A stretch of 63,444 nucleotides of DNA, filler included, from Platydemus manokwari (Eukaryota): NCBI GenBank assembly GCA_037951405.1. It is 6 parts of 6 records of this genome, joined end to end, with 100 filler letters (N's around TTAATTAATTAA, not from the genome) between each part and the next. Parts side by side here need not be neighbours in the genome. Positions count along the whole stretch, not along the records: positions 19,781 to 30,726 come from JBBMOY011028857.1; positions 30,827 to 40,874 come from JBBMOY011174767.1; positions 40,975 to 50,004 come from JBBMOY011311539.1; 3 more parts are not named here. One strand, 5' to 3'. Under the pieces are notes generated by a model. That model searched no databases. It was not told the origin of the DNA and saw only the letters and a list, made by a program, of their open reading frames with translations. Every line of letters starts with the position of its first letter. The stretch's first letter is position 1. Positions 27,001 to 41,441 of the stretch are shown here, in pieces. The translations under genes were made by a program, and so were the position numbers.

Positions 27001-29389
27001 AATATGAGCCTAAGCAGATGTCGTAACTTGACAATGCGGATACACATCGATTATTAAATGAACAGATGTTGCAATCATACATAATTGGTATTTGATTTAT
27101 CTGAAATCAAAAATAACACCGAAATTATCAAAGCAGAAATCATTGTATAATAAAATTACGAAAATAATTATAACTAATATATAATTGATCTAACTAATTA
27201 AAGGAATTGTTTTGGACAATAACTTGAAATGTATTTGCTAACCCTCATCAAAATGAGCAGAACAGTTACGACACAAAATTATATTTTAATTGCTTCAATT
27301 CAAAAAAATTAATATTTTGTAAAAATCTGATTTTACAATTTTCCAAATTCCAATTTAATATCTTCGATTTTCTCAGAATGCTTGATAATTTCTGCATCGA
27401 ATTCTCGACATTTTTTGGTATAAACATTTGTATTTCTTCTCTACTTTATATAATTTCTATATCTTTCTATATCTTCTTAATATCTTGTCTATATCCTCAT
27501 TACGTCTTCTTAAAATTTTCTCTATAACATCTCCATGTATTTATAATAGACTTTTCATAAAAATTCTAAAACCTAGGTGTACCACATTTTTTCATATTTA
27601 TTCAATTTTCTTTAAATTTTTAGTTATTGAATTCTATTTATGGATTTATCTTCTCTAATTTCTCTATATTTTATATAATTGATCTACTCCTTTACTTCTA
27701 TAGATATGCTTAATTCATTGCTTTAATAAATTACTTCGAATCCATCGAAATTCTGTAAGTCTTTCATTCTCAGATCCGAAGATTTCTTGTGATAATTCTA
27801 CAATTTTAAATTACTTTTCTGAGAATGATCCTCTCAGAATTGAATAAAATTCAATGGTATTCATGTTAACTTCTAATATTTCATTGCCAATCGGACTGAA
27901 AATGAATAAGAAATATTCGACTGAAATATTTGCTTAACTACATTATTTAAACAAATTATTTAATTCTAAATATATTTATATTTCATTAAATTTACGTTTA
28001 AAATATTGTTTATCAAAACTTTACACGAGAAAACATATCGTTAATCGATTTCAAATCTTGATTTTGAAGTAAATCATCTATTTTGCTGTTGGCTAATTAT
28101 TTGTGACAATTCACACTAGATTCAAGAGATGAGATAATATTGCTCATTCAAGATTTCTTAAAGAGCTTAAATTTAGAAGTGTCAATAACACTTGATTGTT
28201 TTAATAATAATATGTATGGAATCGATTGCCGTAAATCAAGTGTTAACAAGTATTATTTTGTGCTGGATATATTCAATTGCTCATTCCATTAATCACGGTC
28301 AATAAAGTCCTTTGTTAGATATTAGTACCCAGATTATTCACTGAAATGTGTTAGAAGTGGTACTCATTTCAAACATTCCTAAATTTCTCATAAGACATAC
28401 CTTTTCTTGATAAAAAACTCAAAAATACTTTCGTATATGGTCGCAATTCTTCAACTAACTACAAAAATATGCGGGGTTATCATTCTTGTTTTCAGCTCTG
28501 TTTTATAGCGATCGACCCCCTCCAACCCCAGTGGTGTCATTTAATTGTTTTGGAGTGAAATTATGACAGACTAACATAATGTTTTAAAGTTTATCTTCAT
28601 TTGTATATTTAGGGTCTAACATTGATCATCAATTCGATTTCCCATCAATATCTCTAAACAAAGAAAAGAGCCTTAAAAGAGCTATTTGTTCTAGATAAAT
28701 ACATTGCCTGAGGTGAATCAATTGATTGTAGAAATTTTTGTCGCTTAAAACATTCCCAATTAAAATCTAACAAAAGACTTTTAAAATATATAACTTACTC
28801 TATTTTACCAAATCAATTATGACTGAAATAATTGCTCCTGATTGAGAATAGTTCATTCGGAGTCTGTTAGAATCTATTAAATTTCTTAGGAAGTTTCTTT
28901 GCGATTAATAATATATTTTCATTATAATTTATATCGACAGTAGCTAGCTGTGCATATTACATTAATGAGTTTTCAAAAAGAATTTCAGAAAGTCAACACA
29001 AAAAGTATATTTTTGTAAAAACACTCAACTAAATTATCTTTTTTAATATTATGGTATTTTATTTTATTTTCATAATTAGAATTTTTTAATAAATATATAA
29101 AGTTCTTATAACAATGATATTTAATGAGATTCCATGTGGTAAATATTGTTCTAGTCTATCACAATTATTATAAGATGCTTTATCTATTAGATTTATTAGG
29201 TATTGATTTATCTTTGTTTAGCTAAAAATTGTCTTTGAGTTTTTATACTATAATGATAATATTTCACCGGCAATTCACCAAACAAGTATTATAGATCTCA
29301 CCGCAATTATTTTTTTAAAATATTTAACTTAATACCGCGCCAAATTGAATATAAATATTGATTGATCAATATTTCAACTACTCCTAGTA

Positions 29390-29640
29390 AAAGGTCTGGG
29401 TTGTGACGGATGAACTAATATAGAACCAAATTGGAATAGCATAAGATGTCTGTTTCTAAGTGGTGATATGATAGTGATATGTTGATATTATGAAAGAAAA
29501 AGCACGGGTCCCAATACACAAATGACAAAATTCAGGATATTAACCAGATTGGTTTGATTCGAATTAAAATTTGTACCCTGACCTTCCTTTTCGAATTTTG
29601 TTCTAATAGATTTAAAATATTACTTATTTTGAATTATAGA
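29390..29640 (-). mobile_element. Highly decayed CR1/Jockey-like RT remnant
   Basis: Minus-strand pieces RKVRVQI and VLGPVLFL, resembling the GVPQGSVLGPxLF region. Confidence 0.45.
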
Positions 29641-30652
29641 GAACAACACTCAACATAATCTTATTATTTATTGGCTGTATGTGATAGAATTTTTAGTATT
29701 GACGGTAATTTTAATTATTATTATGATTAATAATAATTATTATTATTATTCATTATTAAAAATGACTGAAGAATTAACGAGGTTATTAAATGAGAGAGAT
29801 ACTATATTACGCATTAGACCCTATAACGGACCTTAACAACGTCTTGGAACAAGCTACGATTAATGGACCTTCGAAAATATGAGACAGAATTCGATAATAA
29901 AAGATAAAAGAAATTTACAATACCAATCATTATGTTATGGAAAATACACCCTCCAGTAAAACAATGAACATTTATGGAAATCTGATCACCGACACATGAT
30001 GATATTCCTTTCTACGTTTATATTAGTGCACTTTTGAATGTAAGAATTGCGTTTTAAATCTCTTTGTAAATTGTGTAGGCGATAAAATATTAGAAGAAAT
30101 TCTCCATGACTAGAGTTTAATGCCATACATATTTGTCCTTCATGTTAGAATTTATTATCGCGGAGAATTTATTATCTGCTATAAACTTCATTATGCAAAC
30201 AGTAATCTTATAAGATTCAATTAAATCAACTGGTATTTTATTCACTCCCTTTATTTATTCAGCAAGATGATAGGTAATAATTAGATTGTCAGTGTTATTG
30301 CGCGATAATATATTCCGGGTTATTACTTATTTCATTTTGTGAATTAATTATATATACAGGTTCTTCTTTAACGCGTTTCACTAACGTTATTATTTTAAAA
30401 ATTTCTGCATAATAATTAATTTAAATATCTAAAATATTATGTTATAAATATCATTTTTAACAAATTGATTTTACTAAAGCTTTCCAAGAATAGTTAAACT
30501 ATGAAAAATAAATAATTGTTAAATTGACGAAAAAAATTAAGATGGGTGTTATACTTATCGTCATGCAGACAATTAAACTTATCTTAAGAATCGGTATGAA
30601 ACGTCATGCAAACTTTGGTGTGGTGAATTCATTTTGACAAAACCCCAACATA

Positions 30653-30726
30653 CCAGGTGTGTCGGTAATTCCTTTCCGGTTTTTTCGCTAAACAAAAAAA
30701 AACAAAACACAAACAAAACAAAATTT
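30653..30726 (+). mobile_element. Mauritiana-subfamily mariner terminal inverted repeat at contig end
   Basis: TA followed by CCAGGTGTGTCGGTAATTCCTTTCCGGTTTTT, a Mos1/Mboumar-type TIR. Confidence 0.75.
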
Positions 30727-30826
30727 NNNNNNNNNNNNNNNNNNNNNNNNNNNNNNNNNNNNNNNNNNNNTTAATTAATTAANNNNNNNNNNNNNNNNNN
30801 NNNNNNNNNNNNNNNNNNNNNNNNNN
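30727..30826. other. Artificial contig spacer
   Basis: 44N-TTAATTAATTAA-44N. Confidence 0.97.
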
Positions 30827-32062
30827 CACACTCATCTCAAAAATAAATGCGCACCATTCAATAATTATTGATAAATATTTAGATCGATTTTTAAACCAAT
30901 TATATGAAATATAAAATTACCAATGAATAAGTTGAAGTAAATATTATTGATAGATTGATAAATGTATTTGTTTTTTTATTAACTACAAGAATTGAGGTTT
31001 TTCTTTTTTATCATTAGATGTGAAAAACAAATTTTGAATTTGTTTCATAATGAATATAATTGTTTTTATAAAATAAATGTTGGAGAACAAATTGTAAAAT
31101 AATTAGACCAATCTATGACGTTAGATGTAGGGTAGTTTCGGTTATTGATCCGAGTCACACTAATGGATATTTTAAAGCACTTGGTGAATTCAATATTGGA
31201 TTTGAGTGATGATTCAAAAAGCACTTGAACGGAGTCTCTTAGTAACTGTTGCTATGTGACTTCCACAGACAAGACACCTTAAAATTTTCCATTTTTCTCC
31301 TTGAAAACATCTAACAAATATCAACAACAGATATCAACAAATCGTTCCGCTTATTGTTAACCAATGTTTCAAAAACAAAATGACAATAATTTCCAATGAA
31401 TAACAACAGATCTAAATTCTCTGTGAGATTCTGAACGATGAAACACTGATTTCAGACAATCATCATTCCAGTATGACATCATGTAACTAATAATTGTAAA
31501 TTTGTGCAACATCAAAATAGCAGATCGACCAAATCAAACAACTGAAATCGGGAAAAGTCTAATGAATCATTTTAATGGCAAACGATATTGGTCAATCGCA
31601 ACAGAAATGCTTGTTTGCAAATAAAAGCTAATTTTTTTCCAAAAACGAATTAATAGACAAAACACCAGACGATTGAGATTGATCATGTTTTGAATGGTGT
31701 TGGAAAGATCAGAGATAGGTTCTCGGTGATGAGAAAAAACAAAATTAAAATAGAGGAAAATATAAAAAGAGAAAAAATTGTAAAGAACAGATCGTCTACA
31801 AAAACAAAGTTGATGGTAAAATGGTCGACAGAGGTTTAATGTGCTTATCGTGCGACAGTAGATTTGATTGGAGACCGATTATAAAATAAATACTGCATTA
31901 ATCGAGGTTCATTTTACAAGTGGTGAGTAAATAAATGAGAAAAAAAACCCATCTGATAAGCAAAACAATATAAATATTAGCAATATGTAAATTAGGTTTC
32001 CTTGGATTATATGGATCTTTTTAATGACTGTGGAGTCTAATTTATTGAGCAAGGATAATTAC

Positions 32063-34501
32063 CTTTGATGTTAGACTTTCTTCAGAGTTAGCAGGTCTAT
32101 CCCTGGCTATCAAAGTGACAGTTAGAGATTGATATTTCTCTGGTTTTCTGGAAAGGCAAATGTAAGTTGGTGTGTCAGTCATGAGGGTGAAGAGTTTGTT
32201 ATAATCATTTTCTAAAGTGGTATAACAACAATTCTGTCCACTATTGCCTCCATCATCAGCATCGTGTACTGTATATGGCAATTCCATACACGTACTCCCT
32301 TCGACGTAATTCTCAATGACGAATTCCACTCTGGATTTCACGTTGGGTCGAGGTTTGAATTGAGGCGGGTTATCGTTGACATCAGTGATTTTGATTATTA
32401 CATCAACTTCGGATTCCGAACTTCGTACAATTTGGCTGGAATACAAATTCTGATTTCGAGCAACGGCCTTGAATGTAATGGATTCAAATGCTTCACGGTC
32501 CAGTGATTTTCTCGTTCGCAATTCACCAGTAAAACGATCTATTTCGACTGCGTTTACATTTTCGCCTCTGGGCTCGATTGAATAATAGATGTCTTTATTC
32601 TTACGGTCAGTATCGGCATCTGTCGCCCGGAGAATACCGATTCGAGAACCAGCTGTCACATTTTCCGGTATATTGAACATGTAATGAGATTCAGGAAATT
32701 TCGGAGCGTTATCATTCAAATCCAGTACATTCACCGTAACAGTGGCACTACTTCTCAACGATTCCACACCATTGTCGACGGCAACGATCTTGAATCGGAA
32801 TGTGTTTCTCAATTCATAATCCAAAGATCGTTGGGTGACGATCTTTCCAGATATTCGATCACATAGGAAATCTAAACTGTCCGTCATATTAATAAAATCC
32901 TCCAGCTTGAATTCAAATGTTCCGTTTTTTCCAGAATCTTTGTCGGTCACAAGGATCGGTTTGTTGAAATTGACGCCCATATTTATTTGATTCTCATCGA
33001 CTGTACCGATATAAGATTGCTGGGAAAATATCGGGTAATTATCATTGATATCAGCAATTTGAATATTAAGTGATTCGTTCGTTGCCATAGGTCTATACGT
33101 ATCCACATCATTGCATTCGATTGTTACTCGGATCAGATCGCCATAACTAGATTCGCGATCAATCATAGTGATCGTTTTCAGATTCAATGGTCTATATCCG
33201 AGCAAAGAACTAAATTTGTTGGGTATGTCGAGATAAAACAAATCTGTATAATCCACCAATCTACATGTTACCGTATAGAGTTGTGAATCGAGATCTGTCA
33301 CACGAACTTCAACAATCAAAGAATGTACTTTTAAACCTTCCGTAATTGTAACGCTCTTACTCTCCGGTTGACCTAATGGTTTAAATTTTATTTTCGGACC
33401 ATTATCATTAACATTTTTCAGACGTATTTGCACTTGCGCTGTTGACGAACGTGGTGGAGTACCCTGATCGGTGGCAACCAAAGTGAACTTGTACAAATGA
33501 GGATCAGTCTCATAATCAAGAGCATTTATCAATCCGAGATAACCCTCGTTCTTTTGGGTCTCAAATATTTGAAATTTCTTCAACAATTCATCGGTTTTAT
33601 CGTTAATAGTCACTGAGACGAGCCCATTCCGACCACTGTCGGGATCAGAAATAGTGTATTTGATCAATTTGTCGTTACGTTTATTTTCTTCGATATCAGC
33701 ACTGTAAGATAGCTGATTAAATTTCGGATCATTATCATTGAGATCTTCGATTTCGATCTCGATCGTCACTGAACAACTGTTACCGGTTTCGAATTCTTTG
33801 AAATCGTATGCATATAATCGAAAAGTGTATCTATTCGTTCTTTCATAATCAATTTTCGAGTTAACAATTAGTTGAGGCTTTGGTGGAATATCGTTATTGG
33901 TGTAGAGTCGAAAATCGCTTGATTGATCATGTTGAAAGATATTGGAAATGGTGTATCGTTGAACGGAAAATTTCTCACTATCACTATCGAAAGCCATCGG
34001 CAAATCCAGAACCGTACCAACTTCAATATTTTCCCGAATCTTAACAAATGGACGTCGAACAGGTGGAAATTGTGGAGCTTGATCGTTTTGATCTTTGACC
34101 TTTATTAACAAGAAAAACTCGACAATCGTCGACAGATATGAATACTGGAACCCAATCAATTTGCAACACTCATTGACTTCACACAGTTTTTTCGCTCGCT
34201 TCGAGGATTTTTCCGTACAGATCGATTCTCGATCGACACCATTGTTGGGCTGCAACAATTGGTTCGAGTGTAACCTGAAAGGAAGCAACTCGCTATCGGA
34301 AAGAGGAAAGATGTCGATTTTTTTCAAATGCATTTCCGTGAATTTCATTTTATTTAATAATATTTCCGTTAGATTGGCTAATGGTTTCATTAGAATATCG
34401 TTTTCGGTAATGGTTATCGTTTCTAAAATGTCTGACATCACAACTCGATGACTAATTGAACCAATAAATATTGTGATCGTGATGAAAGAAACTGAAGAAA
34501 T
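32063..34501 (-). CDS. pcdh: Protocadherin (delta-type-like), large ectodomain exon with 7 cadherin repeats; partial gene
   Basis: Open 799-aa frame with Ca-binding linkers DQNDQAPQF, DLNDNDPKF, NVNDNGPKI, DINDNYPIF, DLNDNAPKF and DVNDNPPQF, plus DRE/DYE and DxDxG motifs and EC1 DRESIC. In-frame acceptor tttttag at 34502 adds a hydrophobic signal-like ISSVSFITITIFIGS. Donor AAG|GTAATT at 32063. Start codon and TM/cytoplasmic exons were not located. Confidence 0.93.
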
Positions 34502-36853
34502 CTAAAAATTAAAATATAATTGATTACGTCATTGGTTCATTCACAGACTGGCATAATAAATCGATTAGCATTATTAATCTCTTTGAGAGGTTTTTCCCAG
34601 AACAATAACAGACGAAATGAATAATTAATAATCGTAATAATAATAACAACAATAAATATAAAAATATTTCATTACATAGCTTATAATTGTGACTTCCATT
34701 CAATTCCTGGATCGTTAATGTGGAGAATATTTTCCTTTGTCTGACCAATTTCAAAATTTTCAATTGAACTCCATTCTTTCGCTTAATTATTATTATTAGC
34801 TGATTAAGCGTTATGTTTTATTTTTAGCCATTTTTACTTCTTTCATGCGCTGCTTAATCTAATGCATATCTACTTTTTAATTCCCTTTTTTGTTAATTTT
34901 TTGTTAATTTCTTTTTTATTTATAAAAATCGTATTAAAATCTGAATAAATTTAACAGGAAATCATGGTTTTTGATTCTCTTCAATCTCATTTCCGTTCAT
35001 ATGTCTTGTAACAATATCCAACCCCACGGTCCCAAGACCCCCTCTGGACTTTTCAAGGACAGATGTTCTAAGAGCAGATTCGCTGTATGAAATTCATTTT
35101 ATTGTTTTAAAGCGATAATAAAAACTCGAGATTTTGGCTTTATTTATACTGGTTTAAAGTAACTCAACCCCGTCAATTCCTGGAAAAATGGTCTTCTATT
35201 CTTCTTCCGTAAAGATCATCGACGAATAAATTCACGACCTAACATTGGCTGATAAAGACACTCAGAGAGCATATAAAGCACTAAAAGTTTTGGAACAGAT
35301 AGCTTTTATATAATAATCTATTTAATTAATTATTTCCTTTTAGTATTATAACATAATTTCCTGAAAATACCGATTTATTCATTTCAATCTCAGCATACCT
35401 CCACGTCTTAGAACATCTGAAAAAGGTGTCCACAATTTCAGTTTGTAAATGTCGTTGCAAATACATTCGAAACATCACTGAAACTTTTTCACAAATTCCG
35501 ATTTCTTCAACTTTTCCAACGTCCACCATTTTGTTTTCCGAAATATATTTCTTTTCTTGTCATACAAAAACATTCACTGACAACTTATTATTTATTTAAA
35601 TCTACAATTCATTTTTCTTTTCTATTCATCTGTCAGAATGTTTTTCGAAATCATCATTTCCTTTATTTTCATTTTCCAATATTAAACTTAATTCAGTAAT
35701 GGAATGAGTCGACTAATACATAAATAAATGGCTACAAAATCAAAATGGTGAACAAAGCATATTTCAATCAACATTTAACTTCTCTAATGTTAATAAAAAC
35801 CTTAAAACGAACTCACCATTTTTTCAAATCAAAATATCCCAAGGTTATGTTTAAAAAAATAATTCTTTCTTGAAATTATGATCCATGATATGTTGTCAAT
35901 TTATTGGTAATACATAATTAACCGTGATTAGTCGGTTCTCAGCCAATGAAATTCGTGTAAGAATAATTTCTATAATTAGCTCATTTTAGAGTGTGCTTGA
36001 AATAACAGTTGGTTATGTATTTGGTGCCGGTTTCAGAGTTTGCATTTAGAGAATTTGCAGTTGTTTGAATTATGATTACTTGAAATGTTATTTTGATAGT
36101 GATATTATAATAATAACTGCAATCGTTTTTTGAAATAGCATTTAATTCGTAGAAGTTGTCAGTAGTTAATTATTTTGCGAAGTGAATTAATGTCATTTGA
36201 TTAATAAAGCGATATTAATTAATTGATTAACACCGAAATAACTAATAAATAATAAAATATATTAATAATTTATAATATAAGGAAATAATAAGGAAATTAA
36301 TTAATTTGTAATTATAAATCGAAATTAATTTTATAATGAATTTCTTTTTTAATATTAATTAATTTTAAAATAATTAATTAATAATTTAATTAAATTTTAA
36401 TTAATTATTTTTTTATAAATGTTAATTAAATTTTAAATTAATTAAATAAACAATATATAATTAATTAATTTAGGCTTTATTAATTAAAAAATTATGAAAT
36501 AATTTATTAATTTAATTAAATACTTAATTAATTTGTTTTTCAAAGATCACATCATTGAATACGGAGATGAATCATCGAAATAAATTTCAGAGTTTGTTTA
36601 AATTATTGATAATTAATTCGTAACCGAATGATCATCAATCGTTAAATATAGATCCACTTTCAAGAGATGTTCAGTTAAATTCATCTCATTTACACGGTAT
36701 AAGATCAATAAATAATAAAAATGAGACCTTTGAGCAGGTTTTCATACATTTACTTAACAAGTATACGCTAATCGTTCATGTGATACGGCCATAACAATTG
36801 ATATGATATCCATTCGAATTAACAAAAACAATATCAAATTTATCACAATTCAC

Positions 36854-36884
36854 AGAGAAAGAGAGCGAGAGAGAGAGAGAGAAA
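36854..36884. repeat. (GA)n microsatellite
   Basis: Imperfect GA run. Confidence 0.8.
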
Positions 36885-39800
36885 GTGGTTTATTAACACG
36901 ATTTTTTGTGATTCACATCGTACTTTCGCATCACAATCGGCCAATCTCAAGGGAATGGAATATTTTCTTTGCATTCTGTAATTCTCCACCACACAATTTT
37001 AGCTTGATAAGATTTTTCTTTTATTTTTCAATCCGCACATCTAAAAACATCAACCTGTTCGACTGTCTGGTTAGGGAGGAAAAAACCCCAAAAGCGACAT
37101 ACTGGGAAAAAACTGACAGATAGATAGCTTGACACTTGATATGACAGAGCCTGTGGTAGGAGAAAGGTTGATAATAATTAACGTTATTAGTCGCACAGTT
37201 TAGTGAATATAGCATAATCTCGGCATTTGATAAATAGAGAAATAGTCTAATATATTCTCTGAAATTCCCAGAAGATCAGAACAGAATTATCCAAGGCAAC
37301 AAACGAAATTAATTTATTTAATAGTAATTAATGAATTATAGTTACAATTAATGAAAGGTTTATTTTTTTCTTTTATTTTGGTAACTAAAAATAAGAAAAA
37401 AAAAACGAAAAAAAATAATCAATAAATAAAACCCATATTATTCTCTCATAGATATTTTATTTTTATTCAATATCAAAACGATAGGTTTTTTCGCTGCTTC
37501 TATTTCAATTTTCCCAATATCTCTATTCTGAAAAATTAAGGATATTTGGTAATACATGACATGAAGAAATCGAAATGGGTTTGGTTAAAATGACAGATTG
37601 GATAATGTAAATAAAGACCCGCACACACACACGCACCGTGCTTTGGTGCCCACTGACTAACAGCGCCGCAGAAGCAACTTAAGTGGTTCTAAGAACCGAT
37701 AATTGTTTATGCAATAAAAATGCGCTTATTACTCAATCTAAGATATTTGTTTATATGTATTCAAACGTTCAACGACAATCACTGTAATCCTTCAAATCGG
37801 CTCCTACCAGCATAATCAGTACTTGATATTTTTTGTCCCGAATTGGAAAAATCACAGCACAGTAGATCTTGCTGCCAGTGTGTTTGGTTTCGATTTTCGC
37901 TATCAAAAAATAAAATAAAACCAGAAAACAAACAAACCACCAAAACCGATAACAAAAAAAACGTAAATAATCGAATTTGATAAAGTCAGAAACGTCGATC
38001 GTGACATTGGTGAGAGAAATCATTTTTCTCGTTGAGAGTTTCTCAGAAAAAAGATAAAGTTATTATTATTATCGGGGGAAAATATTCAGTTTGTTGGTGA
38101 TAAAACAAATAATAACGACCGAGAAAAGTTTCTCTAATCATCAACCGTGTTCTTCTATCGCTTAACACTTCAGGAAAAAAAACACCAAGCTCACGGGAGA
38201 GCTCTACATGATTTCGGTCCCCTTTAATATTACAAGTTGAGTTTTAGTTTCTATCTCTATAAGCAAAATAATCGAAACGTCTTAACTTAATAGAGTTCCA
38301 TATAATATATATGGTTTTCAAAAACACAGATTTTCTTTGTTTTACTGTTGGAGATTCAACATATTTTCGTTGACCACTTGTTGATTATTTAGAGTGCCTT
38401 TATTGATTTTGTGTTTGCATTGCACATATTGGAAATATTGTGTCTAATATTGACTGTTGATTCCTGATTTCTGTAGTGGAAAATTGACAATTTTCTAATG
38501 CTTTCTCTCTTGATTCCGTAAAACAATTTATTGACAATGAAAATTGTAGAAAAATATAAGTGAAAACCTAGGTTAGATATGGTTTATCGGTAGTTTCAAT
38601 CTTCCAGTAATCCATCTTCATTTTAAATTGAATAACATCCTTCAAACCCCTCTCATTATTTGTCTTCAAAATTGGTATTAATATTTTAAAACGACTCTTT
38701 TCAAACATGTAATTCTTTTTCACCACGTGCTAATCATTCTTAAATGAAGAGAGATTTAGAAATTGAGAGTTATCATACATGTTCGGTAGTAAAGATAAAT
38801 ATCAGCATGAGCCGGGGGGGGGGGTAATTTGATATCCAGATCGAAAAATCGATAAACTAAAGTGATCAAATCATTTCATATTGCATGTATAAACGAGTTC
38901 TAATCGATAATTCATAAATAAACAGGAATTACTTTAAATAATAAATAAACCCGAAGAATTGCTGGAATAATAAATTAATAAAAAATATATTCTTGTGGCA
39001 AGGCAATTTTAAATTGTAAAAGTCATTCGATTTTTAGGATATTAATCATTTGTGTTATTTCAAACATCTCAAATGGTAAAACAAGACAATCGCCAAGTAC
39101 GGTGATAAACAACATAGAATTGCGAGGTCTAGTATTTTATTAGAATTTGATAGCTCAGTGTAGCTGTAAATGATTAGATTAACTCGAGTCACAGTTGTCA
39201 TACCATCGTAGTCAGTGTACAGGCTATGTGGTACTGTAGTGACACCCATGAATAGATTCTGAGCCGACTTAGTAATTTTAGATCGATAAAATGCTAAGAT
39301 TGATTTCAAATTATCAAATTAATTCAGATAATCTATTGGATAAGATTAATATATTAGTTCATCTCAAATAAATCTTTGTAAGTTAATCTGCTCGTCTTCA
39401 ATTTAAAATTCATACTTTTAATATATCAAAATTAATCTGCTATTTTAAATTATTTTTATAGCTTCTTGATAAGTGATTAATTTATTATTTGAAATCGACC
39501 ATTCTTAAAAAAAATTTATTTAAAATGAAAATCTTAGCTAAAAATTAAATACAATTAATGTAATAAAACCTTTAGAAAAGCGACTGGATAATCACTAATA
39601 TATTTCTGTTTGAACTTAATATTTAGCAATGCTTGTAACAGGTCTGCACCACCCCCGGTTAGAAAATTAAATTTATTCTTATCATAATTCGATAAAATGA
39701 AATAAAGATTACTATAAACTGAGAGATAATCAAAGGAAATGATTCAAGATACACCATTTAATTAAATTAATAACTCTATGTTTTCACTTTTATTTTTTAT

Positions 39801-40801
39801 TATACTCACAACTAAGTGATTTATCTCTGTCGATGTTGTCAGCACAGTCAGTTGGTAATTCACCTACATTAAACAATAGACACCGCGTTATTTTTTTCTA
39901 TACTAGACTATCAAACGCGACTCAGGATTTACACACTCAGTCAGGTAAATTTAAATATAATATCATAGATGTGAAATGAGAAAATGTTATAATAGACAAC
40001 AACATTAACCATGTAATTTGATTTATTATCATTGTAGCTATAATTTTCATTTTGGCCTCTGCATTCCATATGGCAGATCCATGTTAGTGGATAGTGTGTG
40101 TAAGTGACTTAGCTGTAGGTTCTAATCCATCAATGAGTGATACAAGGTAGATTTGAGATCATGTCCTATTCCGACAAATATAAATGGCTATGTAACTAGT
40201 CTGTCAGTGAATTTATTTTTAAATTGTGACCTTATTGATCTCACACGACACTTACAAGTAATATTTTATAGTTTTTTTGAATTGATTTCAATTAACTCAT
40301 AATGCCTACAGATATAATTTGTAGCTTAAGGATATGTTTATGAATACAGTAATGCGAATATTTACCACATATACAGTGTGATTATTAAGAAAATTTCTAA
40401 CCAAATATCCCACATGTGCCAATTGTTCTTCTCTAACTTGGTAACGCATCATCATATGATAAGAGTGAATTTATCAATCCAAAAATAAATATGTATTGTC
40501 TAACAAATCGAGTCTAACGCCAATTTATTTATTATATTTATTTTATAAATCTAACCCAATATCTACATCGAATTGTATATATTTCACTTGCTCTCCTTAT
40601 GATATTTGTTTAAAATTTACAATCTTCCCACCGATCTCTTAAATGATCATATGATTTCTTCTATTTCTCGATATTTTTGAATTTTAATTATTTAATTCAT
40701 TTTTTCGTTGAACTGCCCGTTGAAGTAAACAAGTGATGATCAGTATGCTATCTGATCTGTACATTCTAAATTCTCTCCACATTATAGCAAACGGGATAAT
40801 C

Positions 40802-40803
<2 letters not shown>

Positions 40804-40874
<71 letters not shown>
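40804..40874. repeat. (AAT)n microsatellite at contig end
   Basis: Perfect AAT repeat running into the spacer. Confidence 0.95.
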
Positions 40875-40974
40875 NNNNNNNNNNNNNNNNNNNNNNNNNN
40901 NNNNNNNNNNNNNNNNNNTTAATTAATTAANNNNNNNNNNNNNNNNNNNNNNNNNNNNNNNNNNNNNNNNNNNN
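40875..40974. other. Artificial contig spacer
   Basis: 44N-TTAATTAATTAA-44N. Confidence 0.97.
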
Positions 40975-41441
40975 TTAGAATTTAATTAAATTAGAATATT
41001 TTCCTAATTCAGTAAAATAGTTTTTCTATTCAAAACCCTCGATTAACTTGTATTCGTCATTATAGATAAAATATATTCATATTAATAGCTGAAATTTTTT
41101 ATAACTCAGGATAATATTAATAAATTTATAACGCATCGATTGCTAGTAAATGGTGACAAAATAAATTGCCAAATTAAGCATACCATTACTTTGTGCGAAT
41201 TTCTAGTATTTTACTTAAGACAAACATGTTTTATTTTATTTAAATTGCCAGTACTTTTCATTCATCTTTGAATTTCAATTTTAATTTGAAAAATATTTTT
41301 TATCCAATCATAAAGGTTTTTATCGACCTCATAATTAATCAAATATTTCAAAGAATATTTGCCTTGTATTGCGAACCAATAAAAAGTAACCAGAGTATAT
41401 TTTAATCCTCATATATTTTCAAAGTATTTTTAAAGATTTTG

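Noticed and set aside
32264-34451. Plus-strand ORFs overlapping the protocadherin
   Set aside because: Antisense shadows of the long coding exon.
37630-37670. REST/RE1-like site (gcacc...acagcgcc) upstream of the protocadherin
   Set aside because: Poor half-site match and spacing. REST is not expected in this lineage.
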